Virus record (IMG/VR): IMGVR_UViG_3300022922_000887
Coordinates: 1-24,823 of that record
DNA length: 24,823 bases
Source of the DNA: a virus
Lineage: Duplodnaviria; Caudoviricetes
Strand: one strand, 5' to 3'
The notes beneath the pieces are model-generated. The model saw nothing but the letters and a program-made list of their open reading frames with translations, was not told the DNA's origin and ran no database searches. Shown one piece after another: positions 16,254 through 24,823 of this stretch (positions are counted from its first letter, which is position 1; the number at the start of each line of letters is the position of its first letter). A program made the translations under genes and the position numbers.

Positions 16254-18560
16254 CTATATGGTGCAACTATCGCAGGCTTCTTCGTACATTGGCTCTTCGA
16301 TAGTTATATCTTGTTGTTGTGTTTCGTTCATTTTGTCTATGTCTATTTCTCCTGCACCGTCAAAGGTATTGAAATAATAGAGTTGTTTGTGTCCATATTT
16401 ATAACACAATAATAAATGTTGTAACATGGTACTCATTGGAATCTTTTCATCTTCAAAGTGTTGAGGATTATAACTGGTGTTTACACTTATTCCTTGATCA
16501 ATATACTTTTGCAGTACTGCCATAATCTTCAAGTAACCTTCTGGTGACTTCTGGTCCCATAATAGTTCATATTTGTTTTTGTAACGTGCATATCCTGGTA
16601 CCACTTGTTTTAGTACTCCATCTTTGCTTTGTTTGATACTAACAAATGCTCTTGGTGGTTCAATACCATTTGTGCTATTTGATATTTGTGCAGATGTTTC
16701 TGCTGGCATTAGTGCCATAAGTGTACTATTACGAATACCTGTCTTTCTAAGTTGTGTTCTTAAGCCTGTCCAATCAACTGCATCCACATGTACTACTAGT
16801 TCGTCAACATCTTTTTTGTAAGTGTCAACTGGCAGTACTCCATCTGCGTACTTTGTTTCATTGTTAAGTGGACAAGCACCAAATTCTTCTGCTAGATCAG
16901 CACTAGCCTTGATAAGATAGTAACTCCAGTGTTGTGCCCAAGTATCAACCAATTTAAGTGCATCTGGATCACTATAACTTACATCATTTTTTGCAAGAAA
17001 GTATGCTAGATTTATTATACCAACACCAAGAGGACGTCTGCCTTCAGTTGCTAACTGTGCTGCCAATATAGGATAGTTTTGATACGAAAGCAATGCATCA
17101 AGTCCACGCACTGCAAGTGTACATGCCTTTTCCATATCTTGTGGATTTGAAAAATTACCCCAGTTGATTGCACTCAGTGTACACAATGCTATTTCACCGT
17201 TAGGATCGTTAACATCATTTAAGGCTTTGGTTGGCAAATCAATTTCACAACACAAATTGCTTTGTTTGATAGGAGCAACCTCTGTTTTAAAACTACTGTG
17301 TTCGTTTGCATGGTCAACGTTTTGTAGGTATATTCTACCTGTGTCTTTTCTCTCTTGCATGAACGAACTGAAAAGTTCTATAGCACTTATTTTCTTTTTA
17401 CGTATGCTTGTCTTACGTTCTGCGGCTTCATACAAGTCTTTAAACTTGTCTTGATCTGCAAAGAAAGCATCATATAATCCAGGAACATCGTTAGGAGAAA
17501 ACAGTGTAATGTCTCCACCTGACATTAAACGTTCATACATTAGTTTGTTAAACTGTACACCATAGTCCATGTGTCTAACTCTGTTGTCTTCTGTACCTTT
17601 GTTGTTTTTTAGTACCAAAAGATCTTCAACTTCTAAATGCCAAATTGGATAGTAAAGTGTGGCGGCACCGTTACGTACTCCACCTTGTGAGCAACTACGT
17701 GTAGCAGCCTGAAACATTTTGTAAAATGGTACAACGCCAGTATGATAAGCATCACCATTACGTATTGGCGAACCTAAAGCTCTAATACGTCCACCGTTAA
17801 TACCAATACCAGCCTTCTGTGAAACATATTTTACAATTGAACTTGATGTAGCATTGATACTGTCTAAACTGTCATCAGCTTCAATTAACACACAACTAGA
17901 AAACTGTCTTTGTGGTGTACGTACACCAGCCATTACTGGAGTTGGCAAACTTATTTGGTGTGTTGAGATAGCATCATAGTAATCTTTTACCCAACGTAGT
18001 CTGGTTTTACGATCATAGTCTTGAAATAGTGTACACGCAATCAGCATATAACACATCTGTGGTGTTTCATAGAGTGTTTTTGTGACTCTATTTTGCACAA
18101 GATATTTGCCTCTAAATTGTTCCATGGCCGCATAGGTAAGTTGTTCATCACGATCATGTTTAATCCAACCGTTAATAGTGTTCCATTCTTCTTCAGTATA
18201 TTCTGTAAGTAGCTCAGGATCGTAAAATCCACGTTCTACGTTTTCTTTAACTAGTTTGTAAACATGCCAAGGCTTGAATTCGCCGTAAACCATTTTGTTA
18301 ATATGATAACTTATAAGTCTTCCTGCTACAAACTGATAGTTAGGAGTTTCTTCTGATATAAGATCTGCCGCACTTTTGATAAGTGTTTCTTGTATATCTG
18401 TACTGGTAATACCATCATAGAACTGCACATTACTGCTTATTTCTACCTGACTAGCACTTACACCTGTAATATTTTCTGTTGCCCACCAAACCACTTTGTG
18501 TAGTTTATCAATATCTAATGCTTCTTTGCTTCCGTCTCGTTTGGTAACTTGAATTGTCAT
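16254..18560 (-). CDS. nrdA: Ribonucleotide reductase class Ia alpha subunit with ATP cone
   Basis: VTKRDG ATP cone, PTPVMAG, FSSCVLI, SQGGVRNG, SNLCCEI, LYY, C-terminal CDSC. Start set to ATG 18560. Confidence 0.97.
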   Translation of the reverse strand: MTIQVTKRDGSKEALDIDKLHKVVWWATENITGVSASQVEISSNVQFYDGITSTDIQETLIKSAADLISEETPNYQFVAGRLISYHINKMVYGEFKPWHVYKLVKENVERGFYDPELLTEYTEEEWNTINGWIKHDRDEQLTYAAMEQFRGKYLVQNRVTKTLYETPQMCYMLIACTLFQDYDRKTRLRWVKDYYDAISTHQISLPTPVMAGVRTPQRQFSSCVLIEADDSLDSINATSSSIVKYVSQKAGIGINGGRIRALGSPIRNGDAYHTGVVPFYKMFQAATRSCSQGGVRNGAATLYYPIWHLEVEDLLVLKNNKGTEDNRVRHMDYGVQFNKLMYERLMSGGDITLFSPNDVPGLYDAFFADQDKFKDLYEAAERKTSIRKKKISAIELFSSFMQERKDTGRIYLQNVDHANEHSSFKTEVAPIKQSNLCCEIDLPTKALNDVNDPNGEIALCTLSAINWGNFSNPQDMEKACTLAVRGLDALLSYQNYPILAAQLATEGRRPLGVGIINLAYFLAKNDVSYSDPDALKLVDTWAQHWSYYLIKASADLAEEFGACPLNNETKYADGVLPVDTYKKDVDELVVHVDAVDWTGLRTQLRKTGIRNSTLMALMPAETSAQISNSTNGIEPPRAFVSIKQSKDGVLKQVVPGYARYKNKYELLWDQKSPEGYLKIMAVLQKYIDQGISVNTSYNPQHFEDEKIPMSTMLQHLLLCYKYGHKQLYYFNTFDGAGEIDIDKMNETQQQDITIEEPMYEEACDSCTI

Positions 18561-18571
18561 TGGGGGCCTTT

Positions 18572-19006
18572 CTATCGAATCTTGTCTGCAAACACAGCAG
18601 AGTCTATGTTGCACGTAACAGTTTTGTTTTTCAATTGTGTGATATTTACTACTTCATCAACATTCCAATTCAACACATATAATCCATTGTTAACTTGGAC
18701 TATATAGTCATTATTGTCAATCTCAGATATACAAAGACTAGGTATATCTTGTCTATCTAACATACAGATAGTATAGCACATGCCTAAACACTTTGCAAGA
18801 CTGCAATAGGTGTTTTCGGCAATTAATTCCCAAGGATCAGGCCATTCTTTTATCAAATCAATATGTAAATATCTCAACACCATTGGTGCTTGTTGCCACC
18901 AATCGTTTATGTTAGTTATCACTGATTCAAGATTAGGGTTGTCTTTGCATTCATTACGCAGGTTAGCCCATGCGATTAAACGCTGTTCAGGATGGCTTTG
19001 CCACAT
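18572..19006 (-). CDS. Hypothetical protein with a transglutaminase-like (BTLCP-like) signature
   Basis: WPDPWELIAENTYCSLAKCLGMCYTI resembles 'W.tP.E....GDC.D.A...Y.L'; no His at the expected downstream strand. Confidence 0.45.
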   Translation of the reverse strand: MWQSHPEQRLIAWANLRNECKDNPNLESVITNINDWWQQAPMVLRYLHIDLIKEWPDPWELIAENTYCSLAKCLGMCYTICMLDRQDIPSLCISEIDNNDYIVQVNNGLYVLNWNVDEVVNITQLKNKTVTCNIDSAVFADKIR

Positions 19007-19008
19007 TA

Positions 19009-20601
19009 TTAAACACTAAAATGTTCAATTGAATATTTAAAAGTATTTGCTATTGTGCTAGTATATTGTATACTAATCGTTGATCCACTCTGTACTGCAC
19101 TTAATACAAAGTCGTTAGGGTTGTCTTCGCTATAATCATCAACGTAAGCAAGTGTTCCAGCACTGTCATCTGTGTCTTGTCCGACAACTCTGAGTGTGCC
19201 AAAACGTACCACATTAGTAGACGATTCTTTCATTTGATAATTCACGTTGAATGCAGTAGCATTGCCAGTGTTTACAGTAAAGATTGTGGTTGCACTCGCC
19301 TGTACTGATAGGTCTGTACTTACTCCTGCTAACCTATGGTAGGTTCCAAACTCAATTTCATTGCCACTTATCAGTGCATAACAGGCCTTGTTGTTAAGAT
19401 CTACTCTTGGTTGTACTAGATTGTCTGCATTGCTACGTTCAAACATGTCACCAATGCTAACATTATCATTACCATTGATTTCAACACATGGTGCAGATGC
19501 ATTACCTGCTCCTAAGTAGTCATTACCAACATCTAAAAATATGTTATATGCACTTACATTAAATGCAACTGCACCTATGCTAACAGCTTGTTTTGCAATT
19601 TCATCAAAAAGATTTTGCACAATTCTAACACCTTCAGGACCACCGTTTACGGGTGTACCAGTGCCAAGCAATATACCTTGGTAACAACTATTAAACTGTG
19701 AATTTTGAACAGTTACACCTTGAATATTTTCATCTGTGTTTATTCCATATGAAAGAAAGGCAAACTTACAGTTGTTTATTTCAATTTGTTTGCAGGTATT
19801 TGCAACTGTGCTATCAAATCTAATTCCAGCAACATCGTTACTAGCATTCGCTGGCGCAGTTGTTAAATTTGTTTGAAAACTACAATTGTTTATACTGACA
19901 CCTTCAGCACGATCAATCAACATGATGTCCGTTTGTTCTTTGCTAAAAAATGATAAACCGTCAATGGTTATATCACGTGGAGGTGTTGCTCCATTACTAC
20001 CAATGTTTGAACCAGTTTGTTGCAAACTATCTGCAGTGCGAATTGTATAAGGACCAAAACTACTGTCAGCATTCACATCCATTTCAATGATACTGCTTGC
20101 TGGACCATCACCCCAAATTTTTGCATATGTTGGAACATTAATTGATTGTGTTATTCTATAGGTTCCGCCTGGAAAGTACAAACTACGTCTTATGGTTGTA
20201 TTTGTTTGAACACAAAACAATTGATATAAGGCTCTATTAATGGCATCAGTATCGTCGGTAACTCCATCACCAGTTGCACCAAAATCAAGAACACTTGCAA
20301 AGTTATCTAATTTTGCCTGAAGTGTCTGTGTTACAGGATCATTTGCAGTTGGGCCAGTTTGAGCAGTATATCCAGCATGCTCGCCTTTGTAGGTGTAGGC
20401 GGTTGCGGCATTTAGGATATCACTGTATTGTGTTAGTATTTCAGTGTTACCAATTGCTGGTGCCCCTTCAGCAAGGGTTCCATTTCCAATGTATAATTTT
20501 CTCTCATCAATTACCCAACCAAATTCTGCACCTGCCAATTGGGGTAAGTTATCAGCTAGGCCTTTTCGGTTGGTAATCCGTGATACTTGTACTATTGCCA
20601 T
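19009..20601 (-). CDS. Tail fibre/spike with an Mtd-N-like anchor and a pectate-lyase-3-type parallel beta-helix
   Basis: N-terminal RKG...LPQLAGAEFGWVIDERKLYIGNG; SVLDFGATGDGVTDDTDAINRA, LYFPGGTYRI; Asn-ladder repeats (INNCSF, INNCKF, VQNSQF); GGAG RBS. Confidence 0.82.
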   Translation of the reverse strand: MAIVQVSRITNRKGLADNLPQLAGAEFGWVIDERKLYIGNGTLAEGAPAIGNTEILTQYSDILNAATAYTYKGEHAGYTAQTGPTANDPVTQTLQAKLDNFASVLDFGATGDGVTDDTDAINRALYQLFCVQTNTTIRRSLYFPGGTYRITQSINVPTYAKIWGDGPASSIIEMDVNADSSFGPYTIRTADSLQQTGSNIGSNGATPPRDITIDGLSFFSKEQTDIMLIDRAEGVSINNCSFQTNLTTAPANASNDVAGIRFDSTVANTCKQIEINNCKFAFLSYGINTDENIQGVTVQNSQFNSCYQGILLGTGTPVNGGPEGVRIVQNLFDEIAKQAVSIGAVAFNVSAYNIFLDVGNDYLGAGNASAPCVEINGNDNVSIGDMFERSNADNLVQPRVDLNNKACYALISGNEIEFGTYHRLAGVSTDLSVQASATTIFTVNTGNATAFNVNYQMKESSTNVVRFGTLRVVGQDTDDSAGTLAYVDDYSEDNPNDFVLSAVQSGSTISIQYTSTIANTFKYSIEHFSV

Positions 20602-20624
20602 TTATTAACTCCGATTACGTGTAT

Positions 20625-21338
20625 TTAGCTTGAGATATAGTATTGCTCAACCCTCTTCCACCATTGTTGGCGCCAGTACTCAAAGTCATTACCCTCAACA
20701 ACAAATTCTTGATATAGTGGATCTTCTTTAAGGTGTCCCATTTCATCAACTGCTGGCTTTACTGCCATTAGTACTACGCCTTTACGTATTTTTGTTCCGT
20801 AAACTTCGTTGTGTGCCTCTGCATATGCACAAAGTTGTAGTTTATAGTCTTCAATCCACTCTGCTTTCTTTGGCTTATTGGATTGTTTGAAATCCATTAT
20901 TGCTTCTTCTCCAAGATGTACTCCGACACAGTCTGTAGTACCAGCATATATATTTGGAAAGTACATAGGTACTTCTACACCCCAAACTTCATCTACATTG
21001 CACATACCTTGTTCTATAACTGCTTCAGCCATTGCATGTGATTGCCAACTGAAAGGATTATTGCCTCTTGGCTTGATCGTACCCTCAATGCAATAGTTTT
21101 CTAAGTATGTGTGCATACGTGTGCCTCTATTGGCAGCTTCTGTTGTGATTGCCTGTGCTTGTTCTGTACCAACACGTTTACGCCACCGTGCCAAACCTTC
21201 CTGCTTTTCTTTTGACTGTGTAGCACTAAGAATAGTAGTGACACTAGGGACTGCACTACCATCTGGGGTAGAGTACAATCGCTTTCCGTCAACTTGTTTT
21301 CTTGAGAGATTTTTGTATTGGAATTTTTCTATAAGCAT
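20625..21338 (-). CDS. PD-(D/E)XK exonuclease (MGME1/Cas4-like phage nuclease)
   Basis: PSVTTIL, RGTRMH, VEVP, YAGTTDCV, IMDFKQS, LQLCAYA. Confidence 0.9.
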   Translation of the reverse strand: MLIEKFQYKNLSRKQVDGKRLYSTPDGSAVPSVTTILSATQSKEKQEGLARWRKRVGTEQAQAITTEAANRGTRMHTYLENYCIEGTIKPRGNNPFSWQSHAMAEAVIEQGMCNVDEVWGVEVPMYFPNIYAGTTDCVGVHLGEEAIMDFKQSNKPKKAEWIEDYKLQLCAYAEAHNEVYGTKIRKGVVLMAVKPAVDEMGHLKEDPLYQEFVVEGNDFEYWRQQWWKRVEQYYISS

Positions 21339-21344
21339 CTTTCT

Positions 21345-21373
21345 ATTATACTATAGTTTGATCCATTCTGCAA
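21345..21373 (-). promoter_or_regulatory. sigma70-type promoter for the nuclease (leaderless mRNA predicted)
   Basis: TTGCAG, 17-nt spacer, TATAAT; the ATG lies 7 nt after the -10. Confidence 0.6.
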
Positions 21374-22013
21374 GTTTTTTTGCAATTAGAGCATGTCCTT
21401 TATGATTAGGATGAGCAAAATTTGGGCGTATATATTCATTGTCTTGTACGCCTAGCAAATGCTCTCCATTGTGATCAGTTGCTCCAAGCCAATCGGCTGC
21501 AGTTTCAGCACCACCTTTGTAGATTTTGTTAATATCTACACCTGGTAACCATTCAGTTTGTCTTATCCATCCTGCAAAGTAATAATCATCAATATTGAGA
21601 AATTTACACATTTGTTGCAGTGTAATAACTGACATGTTAGCCCTAATCGTATCTCGATCATCATTATGAAAGTGTAACTTTAGTTCTTTTACAAAATCTT
21701 TAGCATCACCAGGCCAGTGTTTTCTTTCATCGCTCGAATCATTCCAACTCATACTTAATGGCCAGTGCATACTTCTTGCTGGATTTGTAAGGAAAAAAAT
21801 TGCAGTTACATTTTCTAACTTTGATTGTATTAGTTGCAGTACCATATCTTCGATACTAGAACCTGCTGATCCGTAGTTTATAAATTTGTATCCATATTGT
21901 TCTGCAAGTTGACGTCCATAAGGATATTGGCCAAAATCTTCTTTGAGTTCGCCACCTTGTGGCCAACTATCACCAAAAGTGACTAGTGTTTTATGTGAGT
22001 GGATTTGCGGCAT
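21351..22013 (-). CDS. SGNH/GDSL-family hydrolase (esterase/acetyltransferase-like)
   Basis: Block I FGDSW, block II NYGSAGSS, block V FAHPNHKGH. Confidence 0.8.
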   Translation of the reverse strand: MPQIHSHKTLVTFGDSWPQGGELKEDFGQYPYGRQLAEQYGYKFINYGSAGSSIEDMVLQLIQSKLENVTAIFFLTNPARSMHWPLSMSWNDSSDERKHWPGDAKDFVKELKLHFHNDDRDTIRANMSVITLQQMCKFLNIDDYYFAGWIRQTEWLPGVDINKIYKGGAETAADWLGATDHNGEHLLGVQDNEYIRPNFAHPNHKGHALIAKKLAEWIKL

Positions 22014-22341
22014 CTGCCATACTGGCTACTGTGTCTTGTGCTTGATCTACTGTCATTGTATCTGCACCTTCTTCGCCGGTAACTCCAGCACCGACCAGTA
22101 CAATATTGTCGGCATCTACGTTTGAAATAATATTTTTAAGTGGATTTTGTGTTGCAAGAGTACGCAATTGTTGATCTGTAATGTTGACACCCATGTTGTG
22201 TGCCATGCTTAAAAAGACTCCTATTGGTACAGTATGTTCAGTATCCTCGTCATCTGCTCGACCAAGTAGATATTCCGCAAGTGCAGTTAATTGTTGAGCA
22301 GATGGCTTATCTGATCGTTCGGTAAACTCGCGGATACGCAT
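21991..22341 (-). CDS. Hypothetical acidic protein, possible head-internal/core protein
   Basis: ATG directly follows the upstream stop; MRIREFTE N-terminus; acidic composition. Confidence 0.65.
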   Translation of the reverse strand: MRIREFTERSDKPSAQQLTALAEYLLGRADDEDTEHTVPIGVFLSMAHNMGVNITDQQLRTLATQNPLKNIISNVDADNIVLVGAGVTGEEGADTMTVDQAQDTVASMADAANPLT

Positions 22342-23358
22342 TTATCTTCTTGCTCTACCAAGAGCCGCATCGTCTACATCTACATTTACATCAACTGCTT
22401 GACCGCCAGCTTCTGCATCAACATCTACGTCTGCGGTTGCCAATGGATCTGCAACTGGTTCTGCTATTGCTGGTTCACCAGCAACCTCTTCTTGTCCCGG
22501 TACCACTGGCTCAACACCAGTGAGTGTTCCTTGTGCAGTTTCCATTTCAACTTTAGCAGCCTGTAAAGCATCAACAAGTACTGCTAAACTTTGACCAGCC
22601 GCATTGTTAAATGCTTGTGCTTGTTGTGTGCCAATTGTGGTTTGTATGCTGTTGCTAAGAGCAGGAAGATCTTTAAACTGCATTGATGTAACATCTTCAA
22701 GCATCTTCTGCATTCTGTCAACCATGTCTTGTGCGGCTAACACAACCTGTGCTTGTTGCACTTCGTTTTCTGTAAGATACGTACCATCTTTTCTACGAAG
22801 TGTCATTCCTTCGTTGCGTAATTTGTTGAGTATTGCACCTGCAACTCTATCACCAGCCTCTTTGCTTCCGTACCTTTTGGCTGCATCTTTGCTGATTTTT
22901 TTGAAATTTTTGCCTGGCTTGCCAATGTCTTTGCCAGCACGAGCTTTTTTAGCACTGTAATCTTCTTTGGCTTCGTCCATATCTCCGATGTTAATTTTAC
23001 CATCTGCTACATCTTTTTGAAACTGTGTAGCAGTAGCCATATCAGCAGTTCCTAAATGTTGTCCGTCTACACTGATTTTTGTTGCACCAGGTTGTGGAGT
23101 AAGTTTTACATCTGCTTCTCTAACTCTTGCGGCTAATCCTCTTTCCATTACAATTAGCTTTAGATAAGAAGCATCATTTTCGCTGCCAATAAAAGACTTG
23201 CTTGTACGATGTTCGTGTATTAATCCACGAACTTTTGTAAGCATGTCACTGGCTTTTCTTGATGACATTTTTGTAAAATCAATGCGATTACCAAAATAGC
23301 TCTCAAGCACTCGCTGAGATTTTTTGGTTTGGGGAGAATCTAGATCAAATAGTTTCAT
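22342..23358 (-). CDS. Probable prohead core/scaffold-type protein
   Basis: Start set to ATG 23358 (AAGGA SD, TAAATAC at 23387-23381). Helical Q/A-rich region, internal Lys-rich block, acidic P/A/D/E tail ending GRARR. Confidence 0.55.
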   Translation of the reverse strand: MKLFDLDSPQTKKSQRVLESYFGNRIDFTKMSSRKASDMLTKVRGLIHEHRTSKSFIGSENDASYLKLIVMERGLAARVREADVKLTPQPGATKISVDGQHLGTADMATATQFQKDVADGKINIGDMDEAKEDYSAKKARAGKDIGKPGKNFKKISKDAAKRYGSKEAGDRVAGAILNKLRNEGMTLRRKDGTYLTENEVQQAQVVLAAQDMVDRMQKMLEDVTSMQFKDLPALSNSIQTTIGTQQAQAFNNAAGQSLAVLVDALQAAKVEMETAQGTLTGVEPVVPGQEEVAGEPAIAEPVADPLATADVDVDAEAGGQAVDVNVDVDDAALGRARR

Positions 23359-23839
23359 TTTCAAATCCTTTTTGTTGACAGTATTTAGCAACATTTATGG
23401 TTTTTGTTAATTGTTTTTGTATCATGTTATATTCGTATTTTGCACTTGATAGTCTGTGCAAAACTACTTCTTTGCGAAAATCGTCTGTACTTGGACTTGT
23501 AATAACGTGTCTATAGTGCATCATTTCGCTTTGTCTGTGAAGAAGTTTATTTTCTAAAGCAACTAAATGTTGAGCATCCAACTGCAACTTGTGTTTATCT
23601 AATATACAATAACTTAATGCAATTCTACAACTACTACAAGTTATCATATAACAATCATTTTTATAAATTTTATATTCGTCTTTTGAGATTTTTTCAATTT
23701 CGTAGTCTGCAAATGCCATTATGCTATCGCCATTTCTAAAAATAGCATTGGGATTGCTATTCAGAAGTTCATCTGCAATTTTATTTAAAAGTTTTTGAGC
23801 TTTTTCTGTTACCCGACTACGTAAGTTATTACCAACCAT
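23345..23839 (-). CDS. Hypothetical protein
   Basis: ORF-track frame. Start uncertain (ATG 23839 has AGGA upstream; the track uses 23881). Confidence 0.65.
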   Translation of the reverse strand: MVGNNLRSRVTEKAQKLLNKIADELLNSNPNAIFRNGDSIMAFADYEIEKISKDEYKIYKNDCYMITCSSCRIALSYCILDKHKLQLDAQHLVALENKLLHRQSEMMHYRHVITSPSTDDFRKEVVLHRLSSAKYEYNMIQKQLTKTINVAKYCQQKGFENETI

Positions 23840-24072
23840 CCAACTGTTCCTAAAAGAGCTGCAATAATTCCTGTTCCCCAACCTATAAGCTGGTCAGTTC
23901 TACGTTGAGCCATTTTCTCAACCATGACATGAACTTCATTAATCATCAGTTCTAAGCGATCAACTTTTTTGTCCAGGCTTTCTATATTGCTTGCCATAGA
24001 CTTATATCGCTCTGCACATAAATCAACATGTGCTTCTAAACTCTTTTTTTCGATTGGTGTGGTATCCGACAT
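23809..24072 (-). CDS. Small coiled-coil protein with a C-terminal TM helix (XhlA/holin-like architecture)
   Basis: SLEAHVDLCAERY, heptads, then C-terminal LIGWGTGIIAALLGTVGWLVITYVVG. Confidence 0.65.
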   Translation of the reverse strand: MSDTTPIEKKSLEAHVDLCAERYKSMASNIESLDKKVDRLELMINEVHVMVEKMAQRRTDQLIGWGTGIIAALLGTVGWLVITYVVG

Positions 24073-24125
24073 CGTAATCTCTAAATTCTTTGTTGCAAGT
24101 ATTTATTAAGTTGAACTAGATTTGC

Positions 24126-24569
24126 CTATTCAAAATTATCAGTAATATCAAAGATGATATTCTTTTTTTCGCCCTTTGCGATAAGATAAGGCATGAGAAA
24201 ACCTTCGGTATAGGTTTCTGACAGTCCTACTATCATTGGCACACCATGAATTTCCTGTTTTAGTAAACCAAGTGGATCGTTTCCATCACTGAAAATATCT
24301 GTGTGTTCTATACCAAAGCTAAAAGTCCACATTTTTTGTGAATGTTTTTTTATAATTTGAGGATCAGACACATTCAATGGTTGAGTTTGTAAACCAACGC
24401 ACTGTAGAATGGTTTCCCAATTGCGTTGTTGATTACGACTGTAGTTCCATTCGTCGATTGTTTTTATTTGTTTGCCTGTGTTGTCTGAGTAACCATGCTG
24501 TAGTTTTCTGTAACTTTTGGTTCCAGTTGGCGTACAATCGAAATAGGTCATTACACTAATTGTTTGCAT
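24126..24569 (-). CDS. Hypothetical protein
   Basis: Start set to ATG 24569 (GGAG SD): MQTISVMTYFDCTPTG...QQRNWETILQCVGL...GVPMIVGLSET. Confidence 0.72.
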   Translation of the reverse strand: MQTISVMTYFDCTPTGTKSYRKLQHGYSDNTGKQIKTIDEWNYSRNQQRNWETILQCVGLQTQPLNVSDPQIIKKHSQKMWTFSFGIEHTDIFSDGNDPLGLLKQEIHGVPMIVGLSETYTEGFLMPYLIAKGEKKNIIFDITDNFE

Positions 24570-24780
24570 TACGCAGACTCCAGTACACTTGTAGTTTATC
24601 AAGCATTTCTTTTAGAGCAGGATCAAAAGGTGATCCTGCGACAATATCATCTATTTGATCTACAATTGGATGATCTTTTTCTTTTTTTAATACAAGTTCA
24701 CGTTTGGTGCAGTTTGCACGTCTACGGTAAACAGTGTCGCCTCGATCCGGACTTTCATATATCCATTCAGTCTTTTGCAT
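24556..24780 (-). CDS. Hypothetical protein (MQKTEWIYESPDRGDTVYRR...)
   Basis: Start set to ATG 24780, 5 nt after TAAATA. The IYESPDxGxTVYxR motif is typical of small phage proteins. Confidence 0.7.
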   Translation of the reverse strand: MQKTEWIYESPDRGDTVYRRRANCTKRELVLKKEKDHPIVDQIDDIVAGSPFDPALKEMLDKLQVYWSLRNANN

Positions 24781-24796
24781 GCGAATATTTAGCCAC

Positions 24797-24823
24797 AAAA
24801 AAACCCTAGTTAATAAAAACTAG
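24797..24823 (-). terminator. Rho-independent terminator (stem partly outside the window)
   Basis: Minus strand CTAGTT-TTTATT-AACTAG-GG-TTTTTTT. Confidence 0.6.

Noticed and set aside
15121-18614. Possible introns, inteins or homing endonucleases in nrdA/nrdB, and the track's extended N-termini
   Set aside because: Both ORFs are continuous and of normal class Ia length. The upstream starts overlap neighbouring genes, while the internal ATGs give canonical N-termini.
19009-20601. Diversity-generating retroelement target, suggested by the Mtd-N-like domain
   Set aside because: No reverse transcriptase and no template/variable repeat pair seen in the window.
20625-21338. Cas4/CRISPR system
   Set aside because: No Fe-S cysteine cluster, no other cas genes and no repeat-spacer array detected by eye.
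127-24809. Numerous plus-strand and out-of-frame ORFs in the track (e.g. 127-315, 2604-2894, 4551-4967, 8483-8848, 11354-11707, 22604-22960)
   Set aside because: They are antisense or alternate-frame shadows of well-supported genes, with no motifs or RBS.
1-24823. tRNA, rRNA or tmRNA genes
   Set aside because: Intergenic gaps are short and none shows cloverleaf/T-loop (GTTCRA) architecture; not confirmed by tRNAscan.

Overview
AT-rich, gene-dense segment that reads as part of a large lytic myophage genome (T4-like logic), probably infecting a marine proteobacterium. The porin, ROSE-like element and leaderless mRNAs hint at an alphaproteobacterial host, which is inference only. Almost all genes are on the minus strand. 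The right half holds virion/morphogenesis-type genes (beta-helix tail fibre, PAAR spike tip, putative head-core proteins), a PD-(D/E)XK nuclease, nrdA-nrdB-glutaredoxin and an ATP-dependent DNA ligase. The left ~9.5 kb is a host-takeover cluster: a large membrane protein coupled to ClpX, a lipoprotein/FG-GAP autotransporter-like protein, Hsp20, ClpS, a metallophosphoesterase, a cyclase-tail fragment and a porin that the ORF track missed because it runs off the edge. The most notable signals are absent from the ORF track. (1) A glnA-type glutamine riboswitch (5942-5985) sits ahead of a 34-aa basic peptide ending in -VNAA, whose stop abuts clpX, which itself ends in -LAA. (2) A tandem ROSE-like RNA thermometer precedes hsp20. 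(3) There are two promoter classes, sigma70-like AGGTTGAC and late-like TAAATA(C), with several apparently leaderless transcripts. All calls come from reading motifs by eye; no searches or folding programs were run.
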